Shown one piece after another: positions 36,521-49,050 of a stretch of DNA of 64,000 bases. The notes beneath the pieces are model-generated. The model ran no database searches. It was given only the letters and a program-made list of their open reading frames with translations, and had not been told where the DNA came from. The translations under genes and the position numbers were made by a program. The DNA is from Callorhinchus milii. Its lineage: Eukaryota. The stretch's first letter is position 1. The number at the start of each line of letters is the position of its first letter. The stretch spans positions 103,356,001-103,420,000 of the forward strand of contig NW_024704742.1 in the NCBI RefSeq assembly GCF_018977255.1, in the 5' to 3' direction.

Positions 36521-36834
36521 AAATAGGTTTAAGAGCCGTTTTGGTGGTCTTGTCATGACGGTATGGTGCTGTACCAGCGCTTTGGGATGTCCTCTTGATG
36601 TGAAAGGCGCTATACAAATGTAATTTTGTTGTTATTGTACTAAAATCAATGAGGAACATAATCTCTTTAGTTCATTGGTTTCTAAATAAAGAATCATTTT
36701 CAACTGCTGCGGTGTATACTGCATTTGAAAGAGATTCTTGAAAGAGAATAGTTACACATTATGTTTAACAGTAAATTCCATCTTCAAATTTAATACAACA
36801 CAACACAATTGAAGAATGCAGACAAATGCACGCA

Positions 36835-37090
36835 TAGAATTACATAGAATGATATAGTATGGATTCAGATCATTCAGCACAACCAGTCCTTGCTGGTTTT
36901 TATACTCCACACAAATCCCAACCTTTTTGACTGCCCTCTCCTATACCCTTTTATTCTCTTCTCCGTCATATAGCATCAAGTTTTCTCTTAAATACGTTGA
37001 TTTGTTTTTGCTTCAACTGCAGCTTCCAGCTATGGGTTCCACATTCTCACCACCTTCTGCATGAAGAAGCTCCTTCTAACCTCCCCAGTA
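36835..37090 (-). mobile_element. CR1 3' fragment
   Basis: catagaattacatagaat tail; reverse match to 1940-2188. Confidence 0.75.
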
Positions 37091-38673
37091 GATCAAATAC
37101 CGCAATCCCTGTGCTTCCATACTTCTGTTCAGTCATGCCATAGGACCAGATGTAGTTTGACAAGGAAACGGTCAGTTACTACTGATACGAAAGGTCCTAG
37201 CATTAAACAACATTAAACACTGTTTTCAAATAAAATCTTATAGCTGACTAATAACTAAAATATTTAAAAAGTGCATACTGACTTCAGTCTAAAGATGAGT
37301 CAAGTTTTAAAATATAGCAACAAAACTAAATTATGTTGTTCGAAAAGTTATGATTTTAATAGCATTGCTTTATAATCTGTAAGCATATAACAAAATGATG
37401 AGTAGGAAACATGCAGAATATAATGCTACATTGCATCTTTTTGATCTGCCATTCGAGCTTTGAAACCGCCGTGCTATGAACTGAGAGTGGAAGGATGACA
37501 CCGTACAACCAATACAACCATATGTTGACTTATTGCCAAGCTTCTATTTTAAAATCTAAGTGAATCAGCTAGTCCATGTAGCACAGGTGTAATCTAATCA
37601 CAATGTTGAACTTGAAATGTGCTTAAAGATGTTCACGTGAATACCAAATACAATATCCTCTGCACTGAGCATTTTTATATTCAGTCTACTAGAATTTCAT
37701 CTGAGCTACAACCAGCAATCAATTCCATGGAGCCAGACTTCTTCACATTGGCTGAGGCAAGTTGCTAATAAGCAGCAGTAATGTACATTAAAGAAATCAA
37801 TGACTATTAATAAATTAATTAATAAATAGGGAGATATTGTTAATGTGATTTTGTCTTTTTTGATTTACCATTATAATACGGTTGAATGAAAAGCAGACGG
37901 CAAAGGTTCTACAGACCAGCTTTGCACCTATGACCATGCTCATTCATTGTTCGATTGACCTATATTCAAAATTTGCACTTACATTATTTGATGATGTACA
38001 GAATAGCTGAGAATAAATGTCAGTACACACCAGCCTAATTTTCCCTCAGGGCTTGCCTTCAGGTGATATTTTCTAGCTGTCAGCACTAGCACAGGAAGTT
38101 CAACTATTGCAACTCTCTTGAATTCCTCTTCCTTCCTTTATTCCATATCCCCACTTATAAAGCTCTCTTCCTATGGACGTTCCCATTGTGTAAAGANTTT
38201 TTTTGTACTCCCTTTCACCAGCTCAGCTGTAATTTTAAGGTCTTATCCTGGATTCCTCGACTGGAATGATGTACAGTTTCACATTCACTTGGCCAACACT
38301 TGTCATTATTTTGAACACATTTATCATATCAACCTAGAATTGTTGGAAAGATTATCAAGGGTTGCCTCACATGTCATTTCCTCATTAAATTTGATAACCA
38401 TAATTTCAGCAGCATTTTAATTTTCAGTGTAACATTATACATTTGCATTATAATGTATGGTATAATTTTAAAACCCTTCAAAGTCTTTTCTCTATAATTT
38501 AAATGCTAAGTATATAACTGACGTTTCCTTTGCCATCATTTTATAGGTTGTACGAATAAAATAATTCAGAAAACATCTGATATTTTCACTTCAAGGCAAT
38601 TTGACTGCAAGTGAACATAGCAATCTTTTTTCTCTACCTTTAAACAGTTAAAGGAAAACGGTAACCATATAAG

Positions 38674-39020
38674 TGTCAGCCCGATTCAATCGGTAGCACT
38701 CTCACCTCTAAGTCAAAAGGTTGTGAGTTCAAGCCCCATGGCAGGACTTTGAGCTCATATAGAATATACTCTAGTACAGTACTAGGGGACTGCTGCATTG
38801 TCAATGATCTTGTGCTTCAGATGAGACTGAGGTCCTGACTGAGGTCCGGACGTTAAAGATCCCATGGGACTATTTGAAAAGAGAAGGGCATTTCTACTGG
38901 TGTCCTGGCCAACAATCACCCAAATAAAATTTATCATTCACTCTATGGCTGTTTGTGGGTCACTGCTGTGGGCAAATTGGCTGCCGCATTTGGCTACAAA
39001 ATACATTCACTACAGATTAC
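38674..39020 (+). mobile_element. Deu-domain tRNA SINE
   Basis: ggtagcactctcacctctaagtcaaaaggttgtgagttcaagcccc head; cagatgagac..gaggtcc..aaagatcccatgg core. Confidence 0.8.
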
Positions 39021-39129
39021 AATGCCATATCACAGAGGTACAAATATGGTTCAGTCTCAGTGAGTGAATGTACATTAATACTGATGGTTGAATGCCAGAT
39101 GTTTTCTGTTCAATAAGCAAATGTTTTTC

Positions 39130-39370
39130 TATTTTTCTTCCTTTGTTCACTTCTCTTTCTCTCCTATGCTCTCCTTTCTCTTTTTTTTGATTCTTTAGTC
39201 TCCTTTATCCCTGTGAATACATCCTTATCTCCTTTCCATGTCTCTGCTTTCTAAATCCATGGTTCTTTCTCCCCCTCTCTCTCTTGCTTTGTCTCTCCAA
39301 ATTCTGTCTCTCTGAATCTACTGTCTATACATTTTTCTCTGTCTCTCCTCGACCTTCCTTTCTCTCTCAG
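39130..39370. repeat. CT-rich low-complexity tract
   Basis: Polypyrimidine (+) / polypurine (-) stretch with (ct)n runs. Confidence 0.7.
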
Positions 39371-39786
39371 TCCCATTCAGACATCTTGGCCAGTTCTTGA
39401 CTGGAATATTTTCACTGGTGCTATACAAAGAAGATGTTTTCACCAATCATCTCCCTTGGAAGCACCATATGAAATATATGAAATTGAAAGGACTGCACTT
39501 AAAAGAGCCAGCACAGACACAATGAGCTGGCTGGCCTTTTTCTGTGCTATACATTTCTATGGTTCCTTAAGATGAGTATAGCAGATTCGTTTCTTGGAAA
39601 AGCAGCTCAATTATAGCATGGGTTTTACATTTCAGGTCCTACTGTAAACTAGCCTCCGCTTTGTTTCACCACTTTCAGTTTGATCTCATTTCTACCTTTC
39701 AAGCAGGTTACAAGGTCATAGCTCACTAATGAAAGTCATAAATTTGGCAGACAAATCATGTGTGATAATGAATAGCATCCTCTATA

Positions 39787-39792
39787 TTTATT
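39787..39792 (-). promoter_or_regulatory. Candidate distal polyadenylation signal AATAAA
   Basis: tttatt on + strand about 555 nt after the stop codon. Confidence 0.55.
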
Positions 39793-40078
39793 AGTCTTAA
39801 CAGTCATTGAGTTATATATAATATATATGTATATATAAAATGTTTAATAACTTTTTTAAAATTAAGGTTAAGGTCAACATTGTATTCATCTAATGTTCAG
39901 ATAAACTACATGTTTACTTATTTGTGTTTAAAAAGGCATTAGTCAACATAATATTCAGAGTTAGAACAACATACACTTCCTTGTTCATTATTCTTTGAGC
40001 ACCTGAGTTCCGCAGAAGCTGCACCCACAAAGAAGAGGGTTTAAAACTGACCAAACAGAAATATGCAGAAATGTTCTT

Positions 40079-40084
40079 TTTATT
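40079..40084 (-). promoter_or_regulatory. Candidate proximal polyadenylation signal AATAAA
   Basis: tttatt on + strand about 265 nt after the stop; U/GU-rich sequence follows on the minus strand (ttctgtttggt). Confidence 0.4.
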
Positions 40085-40346
40085 ATATATTAGTAAAGTC
40101 AGTTGAAGTGCGTGAGTAAAAAGTCAAGTGAATTTTACAGAAGAAACAATCTACATAGCAATGTTAGGTGCATTCACTGTGCATCTGAAGGAGAGTCTGC
40201 ACTCCTTTTGGCCTAAAATATTTTTGTCAGGTTCCCTGGATTCTGACATCAGAATCTGGATAACACTGTTTAGTACTGTTAGGGCTTTACAATAAAAGCT
40301 AAAATATCAACCATATGATGGCAAAAAAAAGTTAAAATATTAATTT

Positions 40347-40634
40347 CTAGCTACTTTCCGATGAAGTCGGTGCCGCTGTAGAGGAGGATCTTCTTCTCCT
40401 GGTTGATGACCGTGACCGCTCAGCACTGTAGGTAATCTGTTTGTCATATTGTTGCATTTGAGCTTCGAGAAACTCCCTCTGCTGATGACTGATTGTCTGG
40501 CTAATCAATCCAGGTAGAGCTTGAATACTCCCGATTAATGTCTCTAGTTTGGTTTCCAATGTTACAATCCTTTTCTCAAGGTCTTCGCTCCTTTCATTCA
40601 GGTCTGAGATCATGTCGTACATAATGTTCTGTGT
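40347..40634 (-). CDS. KCNN2: KCNN2 terminal coding exon
   Basis: [48 protein letters not shown]...[23 protein letters not shown]; acceptor ctttgcag; TAG at 40347-40349. The C-terminus is SK2-specific and includes the RRRRSSS PKA cluster. Confidence 0.97.
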   Translation of the reverse strand, partial: TQNIMYDMISDLNERSEDLEKRIVTLETKLETLIGSIQALPGLISQTISHQQREFLEAQMQQYDKQITYSAERSRSSTRRRRSSSTAAPTSSESS

Positions 40635-41419
40635 CTGCAAAGAGGGAAAGAATACAGTGTGAAACCTGTTGCTGGTTGGTTGTACGGTTTTGTTCCAATC
40701 TTACAGCTGTCATCAAAATCAGGTCCAGACGAAATGAAAATCTGCTAGTTTTTAATAAAATCTACTAATTGATAATGCATAACATATGAATATTATCACA
40801 TTTACAAAAAATTATAGTAAACATTGTTTTGCTGGTTGACAGCCTAAAATGACAATTAAGCTGGCAGAAAAATAATGCTTTTGACTCTTGCTCAATTTCT
40901 GAAGTTCAACCATCAGTGAATCGTATATGTAATCATATATACTTCATATATATGCACAGATGATTAAGCACAAATCTTCTCAGGTCCCAATTGTACCTTG
41001 GGCACCATCGTTGTTTTCTACATCAACCACAATGTTCAATTCTATTTTCTCAATTCCCAATATTGGGGAAGAGATTTATTCCTAATCGCATGAGGTGGTT
41101 GGTCTTGAAGTTACTCAAGTTAATCAAGTACATGGCAAAACAAAACTTGGAAATTATTTCAGAACAACAATTTGCATTTATATAGCATTTATGTAGCAAC
41201 CTTTATGTATGGCGAGATCTTAAGTGCTTTAAAAGTACATAAATTGCTTCAAAATAAAACATAATTTAGAAAAACACTTGAGATCCGAAATTCTTAATTT
41301 CCATTTTTTTAAAATTCTTAAAGTTCAGGCCTAATTTGGAAGTTGGAAGTAGAATTTGGGGCGTGCAGATGTTAAAAATGGATATTTTCTCCATGTCCAT
41401 GCTCGATGGGATACGTAAA

Positions 41420-41790
41420 AAGAGTATGTAGCATTCTTGCCTCTGAGTAAGAAGGGTGCTAGTCCCACACAGCGTACTTTGATTTTAAGAGTCTAGGTTA
41501 AGCGTAGTCTTGGGGAATGCTGCCCTGTTAGAAGTGCCATGTTTTGGTTGAATTGTTAAAGTGAGGTCCTATCTGCTTCTTAAGCTAGACAATTAAGAAC
41601 CAATGACCCTTTATCAAAAGGGAGTTTCTCTTGCGATTCTGGCAATCATTCTCCAAATAATTTGATCATTTACCTTTTGGGTGCTCGTGTACAAATTGCC
41701 TGGAGCATTTGCCGACAAACACTTATTAATAATTACTGTAATGCACTTTGAGATGTTTATTTATAGGCACTACATCAAATGTAGAGATTG
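41420..41790 (+). mobile_element. Highly degraded Deu-domain SINE (KCNN2 last intron)
   Basis: gtagcattcttgcctctgagt head; gttaaagtgaggtcctatctg core; tail remnant. Confidence 0.65.
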
Positions 41791-42313
41791 CTAATCAACT
41801 CTAGGAATAATTATGAAAATTACTTAAATTGTAAATTCAAACCCGTTAACTTTTAGGAAAAATAATAAAATTATAAAATTCCTCATAAAACATGCAATCT
41901 CAATCCTCAGAGAAATTTTTTTTTTCCCCTCTAGTGTCTGAAGTTTGCTCTTTGCTGACCAGCATTCAAAAGATGTCAATGTTTGGTCTCTTTAATTCCT
42001 GAAATCCCATTTTTTTATATAAATCCTAGCAGGAGTTCAGGGAATAAACATCACTGATCAGCCTTGACAGTCCAAATCTAACCTGGGTCATCATTCAGAC
42101 ATTAAGAATGGAACTGAAGTTGGTCCAAATTCTTCCCTCTTTAATAAAATAATACCAGAAGATAGCTTTCTGTGTCAGCAAAGTCTTCATACTTCTGGGT
42201 GTGGGAAGGCAGGGGCCTAATGCTGGAAAGTAATATTTTTTCATATCTTTTTCTCATTGGAACATAGGAACATTTAGATGAAAAAAGACCAAAGGTCCAT
42301 CCAGTCCACCTTC

Positions 42314-42648
42314 TAATAATAATAATAATCATTATAACAATCCTTGCATTTGATATAGCACTTTTCACGTCGGGAGGACGTCCCAAAGCGCTTCACAGAA
42401 CACACTGTAAATTGAATTGACTGTATATTTGTGGGCGAACGCGGCAGCCAATTGCGCACAGCAATGTCCCACAAACAATCGTAGATTGAAAGTGATCAAT
42501 TTATTATTGTTTTTGGTTTTGGAGGGATTATTATTAGGAGTGTGGAGTAAGGAAACTTGCCCAAGGTTTCGCCCTGACCTGCCTGGAATTGAACTCAGGT
42601 CTCTCGCTTGCAAAGCGAGTGCTCTAACCACTGAGCTACAGGACTCCC
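42314..42648 (-). mobile_element. Young tRNA-Ala-derived SINE, full length, inserted in a CR1 tail remnant
   Basis: Anticodon arm CTCGC-TTTGCAA-GCGAG (TGC = Ala), A box TAGCTCAGTGG, B box GTTCAATTCC; 3' stem-loop and (TTA)n tail. Confidence 0.93.
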
Positions 42649-42737
42649 ATCTACCATCCTGATAGTTGCATACTACAATAATGGAGATATTGTATGCATT
42701 AGTCTATCATCTGCTCATTTTGGATAATATTTGTATT

Positions 42738-42895
42738 TCATAGAATCATAGAATTATACAGCACTGTGTCTGCAGCTCTTTGAAAAGAGCTATCCAATTC
42801 AATCCCATTCCCCCGCTCTCTCCCCAAGACCCTGAAAACTTGTCCTCCCCAAACAAATATCTACTTCTCTCGTAAAACCTGTTATCGAATCTTAA
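42738..42895 (-). mobile_element. CR1 3'UTR fragment
   Basis: catagaatcatagaatt tail; reverse match to 1080-1260. Confidence 0.75.
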
Positions 42896-43470
42896 AAGCT
42901 GTTATCAAAAAATTTGTTTCTCAATTTTTCCATTTAGTGAGAAGGATATGTGTTCCCTGACCCTGATAATAAAATAATAATCATTGCATTTGACAGACCA
43001 CCTTTTAGGTCAGGAGTACATCTCAAAGCACTTTACAGGATTTATTGCAAAATATAGTGACTGCATTTTGTAAGCAAAAGCAGCAATCAATATGTGCACA
43101 ACAAGTTCTCACCACCAGCCAGAAGCGGTTATAGATTAAGAGCCTGGTAGCTTGGAGAAGGTTCTTCTTCATATAAGAACCTCCTTGTTTCAAGTCCACA
43201 ACTGATGGAACCCAATATCCTCTGAATCTGAATCTAACCATATTGATGGTCTTATTTCTAATGATTGTGGAAAATTGTCTATGACAAATTTTCAGAAGAA
43301 CTTGAGTTTTTCTCAGTTTGGGTTTTGGTTCTGTTGTCCTCTGGAGAGTTTTGCCAGAAGTACCTTCTTAAATGAAAATAGTCATGAAACATTATTTGTG
43401 AGAAACAAAATGCTGTAGTTTTTGTTTCAGTCAGAAACCAAGAAAAATCTCCATCTTGTTTATTCATTGC

Positions 43471-43647
43471 AGAAATTTCATCAGGGTCTAGATTTATTCA
43501 GTTTGTGCAGCATTTCAGAGTGTGCAGAATTTGGCAAATTGTTGAATTCAGCCTTAACTTCGAAGCCAGTTTACTGCATCTCTTAAAAAAAGTACTTATT
43601 GAAAATACCACATAAATAGAGTAAGTCTAGACCCAGATGGAATTTCT
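43471..43647. mobile_element. Palindromic MITE (family also at 58035 and 53927)
   Basis: Terminal inverted repeats agaaatttcatcagggtctagatttattc / gagtaagtctagacccagatggaatttct. Confidence 0.75.
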
Positions 43648-44754
43648 CATCACAGATTTACCAATTTGTTTTCAGTAATTATAGGGGGGGTTCTGAATAT
43701 TGCAGAAATCCTGTGGATTTGGGGTTCATTCCTGACTCCCATCTTGTTTCTCTACCTACACAATATCATAACTTACCACTGAAACAAATTAAAAACAAAT
43801 AAACAGAAACAGATGAGGAAAAAAGTGTGATTCAAAAGATCATCGCAATTCCTGTTCCAATTGTACTGTCAAAGACTGGTACATTTACCAACAAGAGTAG
43901 AACGCTATAACGCCAGTGCACATTTTATCCATGTCTGTAACAATATAAAACAAAATGTAAACCCAATAGGCTAAGTATACAGAATTGATCATTTTTAGGC
44001 TTGCATATCAGAGTTCTCAACAAATTATGCTTTACTTGTTCTTCTGCAGTTTAACATATTTTAAAACGATCATATCCAAGCCAGTAAAAAGGAATGAAGC
44101 ACAAGAACATTAGTCTTCGTACAAGCATGCACAAGAAACAGCACTTTCACATTTGAAATAAAGGCTAAAGTAACTGATGTATCCAATGTTCACATCGTAG
44201 AAGCAACCTTTTTGAGATTTGCAGAAAAAAAGTCATTTAGTCAGGGAAACACTGATATAACACAATATAATTTACATTTATTTAGCGCCTTTCAGATCGG
44301 GAGAATGTCTCAAAATGCTTGACAATGTTAGCTGAACACCCGAGCTGGGGGTGGGGGCCAAGGGGAGTGAGAAGGGGAAAGATGACCAAAGCAAGGTCAA
44401 AGTATGATTTAAGACAATCTAAAAACGCTGGTGCAGTCCTGTAATCAGGTCCATTAATTTGTGTCCCAGATCTTCACTCAAAAAATAAAATTTGAAAAAA
44501 AACTATACAACTGTAGCACTAAGGGCTAAAAATTTTAACTTCATTCTCCAACCCATATTTGAACAGACTAGATATTACATTTTGGTATCACTACATGTAG
44601 CCTGATGAAAATCAGGAATTGCTGTTTCGGAGACAGTGCCTTAGGGAGGCAGTCTGTATTGCACTTGAAACCTCATTTTATATATGAATGTAATATGCTG
44701 GTTTGAAGTTTCCAACAAAGGACACCAAGGAGATCTGTGGAGATGAACGAGGTC

Positions 44755-45154
44755 TAGCCAGGCTCCACTGGCTCACTATTGCCGAACGGATCAATTTCAA
44801 GATCCTCATTTTCAAATCTCTTCATGCCCTGGCACCTCTAGCACCTGCTTACCCCCCAACCCACAGTCTCCGCTCGACAGGCTCCGGTCCTATGCATGTC
44901 ACTCGTGCTTTCTGTTCCACCACTGGTGGCCATGCTTTCAGCCACTAAGCCCCGAAACTCTGGAAAACTTTTCCTCTATCCATCCATCTTGCCCCTTTCT
45001 TCCTCATCTTCAGGTCATGCCTGAAAAACTTCCTCTTCGACAGTGCCTACGGTCATCTCCCCCTCTTCCTGGCTTGACATTGTGCTCTGTATCTGTCAAG
45101 CGCTCTGGGAGGCTACCCTGTGTGAGGGGCGCTGTATAAATGCAAGTGTTGTTG
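44755..45154 (+). mobile_element. L2 3' fragment
   Basis: LARLHWLTIAERINFKILIFKSLHALAP; ataaatgcaagtgttgttg tail. Confidence 0.85.
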
Positions 45155-45515
45155 AGCCAATTCACTGGATGGAAGGGAAGAGAGAAGGAATACTGGAGGA
45201 CAAGTCAGGCCTCTCTCATCTACCAGGCACCAACCAGTTCAAACGGTGGCTTTTCAGAACCCCATAAGTCGTAACACATTGAATTGTGTTCCTACACAGC
45301 ATTCATTATAATGATAATAATCCTTGCATTTGATATAGCGCCTTATTACGTCTTCAAGACGTCTGAAAGTGCTTCACAGGATACACTGTAAGGTGTAGTG
45401 ACTGTGGGTTTTGTGGGCGAAACGTGGCAGCCAATTACTTTGTGTTTCATGTCCCAATGTCTGGAAAAGGACTGGGTACCTTGTCCCTTTGGCCCATAAT
45501 ACTAACTTAAACATA

Positions 45516-45836
45516 TAATAATAATAATAATAATAATCCTTGCATTTGATATAGCGCTTTTCACGTCGGGAGGACGTCCCAAAGCGCTTCACAGAACACA
45601 CTGTAAAGTGAATTGACTGTATATTTGTGGGCGAACGCGGCAGCCAATTGCGCACAGCAATGTCCCACAAACAGTCGTAGATTGAAAATGACCAATTTAT
45701 TATTGTTTTTGGTTTTTGGAGGGATTATTATTAGGCGTGTGGAGTAAGGAAACTTGCCCAAGGTTTCTCCCTGCCTGGGATTGAACTCAGGTCTCTTGCT
45801 TGCAAAGCGAGTGCTCTAACCACTGAGCTACAGGAC
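45516..45836 (-). mobile_element. Young tRNA-Ala-derived SINE, full length
   Basis: Near-identical to 34224-34542 and 42314-42648. Confidence 0.93.
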
Positions 45837-46335
45837 ATAGAATGATCAAAGCACTGAAGAGATGATCATAATGCCCCATGCCCTAACTCTAAGGTTTTAT
45901 GTACTGTATGGCAATTCTGAACAGGATTCCTTATTAACAAACCCCATGCACAAATGGGAATCCTGCCAGCAACAGGAAGTATGTTATGTTCAACTCAGGC
46001 AGGATCTACTTTTGGAGCCAAGTTCCTGTGTAACATATTTCCAGTTATTGAAAGGACGTTATATGCCTTTGAACTGTTAGTAAAGAATCCTGTTGGTAAA
46101 TGTCACAATTTAAACCTCCTTGCGTTTCTTCAAAAGAATGGGTATTTTATGTCCATCTCAACTTTCCTGTATGTGCATCCTAACCAATCAACCAGGCATG
46201 CATTGTGAGTAATAACTAAGCCAATTACACTATGGTTAAGTATCATAAGTGGTAAGCACTTACCACAGAATGCTCCTATGTATTTATTTTGTAAACAATA
46301 ACTCATAAAAATATTCACAATTACATGACCTGCTA

Positions 46336-46441
46336 CAGGGTGACCAAAAAGGTGTGATACCATTATAATGTCTAATAAGTCTTAAAGAAATGATGATATT
46401 TTGTTTTTTAGACTTTTCATCACGACTTTTTGGTCACCCTG
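46336..46441. mobile_element. Tc1/mariner-type MITE, 106 bp, TA target-site duplication
   Basis: TA|CAGGGTGACCAAAAAG...CTTTTTGGTCACCCTG|TA; 16-bp perfect TIR extending imperfectly to 23 bp. Confidence 0.85.
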
Positions 46442-47676
46442 TAGAATCATTCTTTTGTTCATTTTTAGCAACTACTCAGTAGAGACTGAAAGAATAAACG
46501 CTGTTACTTAAAAACTGTTATCCCACTGGCTTTAATGACTAGTATAACTGTACACCACTCTTCCCCCATTTACTTGACGGATTCACAGTTCAGATCAGTA
46601 AATGCCAACTTTTTTAAGTAATTGGTAACAAATACATAACTGTACAACAAATATATGGGAGTAAGTACTTACCACAATACTTATCCTAAGAACTATTTCT
46701 TCTTTAAGGTGGATGTTAATAGTTTGACCCACTGTATACAACTGATTACTGAGAACCTTCTATAGATATAAAATCTTCATACAGTGGGTGAACTAAAGGA
46801 AACAGTTTGGGTAAGCCTACCAATAGGTTAAGCTTTTCAAAGAGCCAGATATTGGGACTGGCAAAATTGGTCGATCAACACAGGGATTTGTGGTGCATTT
46901 TCATAATGTAATACCAGTCTCTCAGGATAACCAGGATTCTTTTGTCTAGCAGGGATATTTGTCCTGGGTAGGAATGAAACATGACTCCTATAAAGTTAAT
47001 CTTTTGGAAAGATTCTATTTAAAATGTTAACTAGAAGGACCAACTATCTGGAGATCAAAACCTCTGTTTAGTTTGCTCTCCTGGGTCTTTTCTTGTACTG
47101 TGTCCTCCCCAGGTATTGTAAATACTATCATTGCTGTCATTCATAGACATTTAAAGGGACCTGCAGTTTGAGCCTGGTTTCAACTCTTCCTTGCCAAGGT
47201 TCATAACAATCTTTCTTTTAAGCAATAAAAGCAACAATAGAAATAAAAAAACTCTTGCTAACTCCTAGATTTTGAACTTTATAATTTGTTTACTTACTTG
47301 CCCTGGGTAGGAGCCCTACATGATAAATGTACGACAGTGTTCCTTAATAGTCTGTTTTACCCATGCAGCTTTGGTCATCTGTGTCCAACAATTTGTATAA
47401 CCGATCCCTATGACTGAAGAAAAATAACTGGATGGAGCATATAGGGTGCAAAATAAGATGTAACAGGATGAATTCAGATGATGGAAAATGCAAATAATTC
47501 TGATCACTTGATTGTTTGATTACCCATCAATAAGAAAACCATGTGTTATGAGATCCTTACACAATACAAAAGAAATGCATTCAAATTCAAAAATGCTTAT
47601 AAAAAATCCAGAACCATATCTTTCAACTTTTAGAAGAACACAACATTTAAACAATGATACAAAAATTGCTACTGAC

Positions 47677-47746
47677 CTTAGCGAGATCCACCAAAGTGTT
47701 TGCCTGATCATTTAATTTTCTTTGTTCCATTTTTACACTTCGTAAC
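47677..47746 (-). CDS. KCNN2: KCNN2 exon (distal CaM-binding helix / coiled coil)
   Basis: 1 nt + [23 protein letters not shown]; 70 nt; acceptor attcag, donor gtcagt; phase fits the upstream split codon. Confidence 0.96.
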
Positions 47747-48649
47747 CTGAATGTAAGATTGAGTTAGTTAGGTGGTTTCATTTTTCCGTACAAAATTACC
47801 CCCAAAAGAACATGCAGTAACTTCACAAGGAGCAAACCACCTGTATGAACAATGAATTTTCCAAAGTTCGGTTCTCATCTATCTGGTAAATGAGGAGCAT
47901 GCTGCCTTGGCATGAAAAAAGTGGGTGGCAAAGAGAAATGTATGCTTTCTAAATATCATTAATGTTAGCTTCTGATGAAGTAACATAATAAAACTGTATA
48001 TTTTACACATGTCAGACCAAAGCTTTGGCATTCATTAAAAGTCTAAGTATCGTGACCAATAGACATAGGATGGAAGCGAGCCAAGTGCAGAACTATCCAC
48101 AAAACTATCCATAAGAGCTCATGGGAAAGTGTTTCCTTGAAACACAACACTTTAATGGTGACTCTATTCTTATTTGGAATCCCAAGGACACCTAAGGTAC
48201 AATTTGGTGTGGTATATACACACATATATATATATTTATTTCATACAATTAATAAAATGATATTAGTTTACCAACACCAGTAAATGCTTATCAAGGTAAG
48301 GGGCAGGGATATAAAAGAAATTAGCTAATCTACTTTGCGCTTGTTATAAGCGGAACCACCCTCAGCTCAAGGGTCAGATTTAGTGTGCACTGTATACTGC
48401 TCTAAATACATTTTAATTCAAGGTTTTTTTTTCTTATGGGATTTCGTGCAACTGTGCAATGAATTGGAACAATTTTGTGCTAACAAATCTGTAGTTAGAT
48501 GAATTCCCAAGACACATTCAAATGTTTAAAATTTGAACACCTAGTTGAGCTCCATATTAAAGCATGCTCAGAACTTCAGAAACGTGAAGCTACAAATTAA
48601 AAGTCTCCCTCAAAATTATATTGTTCTTTGTCTTTTTCTTTCATGCCTT

Positions 48650-49050
48650 CCCATCTTCTCTCTTCCTTTCTGGAAGACATTTTGGTTGACAACTCCATGA
48701 GCATGTAACACCCTTCCGGTGTTTTACTCAAGTGGCCATCTGTGAACTTGGTTCAGTTATTCAACTGAGAGGCACCACAGATGAGACTGATCCAGTCATT
48801 GCTCAACTCTTTCCTATGAGACTCTTCCGTCAAGAGAGGGTGGAGGGAAAGGGGTCAGTGGACAGTGTTTGGGGCTCTGGCTTAATTCTCCTCACTAGCT
48901 CAAGGAGCTGAAGTCTATAGTAGTGTCATTAATGCTACCCCATCTGAGATCTGCGCAAATTAGGGTTCAATGCTGTGACATGTTGGGTCTTGTGGGACAC
49001 ATTTTTAGTTCTGTGGGTGGCTTTACCAACAAAGCCATTAAGGGAGCTCT
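48650..49050 (-). mobile_element. Ancient tRNA-headed SINE (AmnSINE2-like, tentative)
   Basis: Minus-strand head agctcccttaatggctttgttggtaaagcc, then gcagatctcag and ccactgacccc blocks; probable relatives near 31065-31150, 10265-10445 and 60455-60560. Family name from memory. Confidence 0.45.

Larger units (their letters stand above)
39765..40346 (-). other. KCNN2: KCNN2 3'UTR (3' end approximate)
   Basis: AU-rich, repeat-free stretch after the stop codon containing two AATAAA hexamers on the minus strand. Confidence 0.65.

Noticed and set aside
38118..38420. 100-aa ORF containing X
   Set aside because: Chance ORF over a degraded repeat-like stretch; X is a single ambiguous base at 38197.
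1..39700. A neighbouring gene (e.g. TRIM36, expected from human synteny) or a multi-gene novel system
   Set aside because: No exon with recognisable protein similarity found by eye; short exons or lncRNAs cannot be excluded without transcript data.
40635..40640. ORF-track start codon (MQ) for the 97-aa ORF
   Set aside because: These bases are the intron acceptor (ttgcag); the exon begins at 40634.
42575..42648. tRNA-Ala gene
   Set aside because: No proper acceptor stem or terminator; it continues into a SINE body present in three copies.
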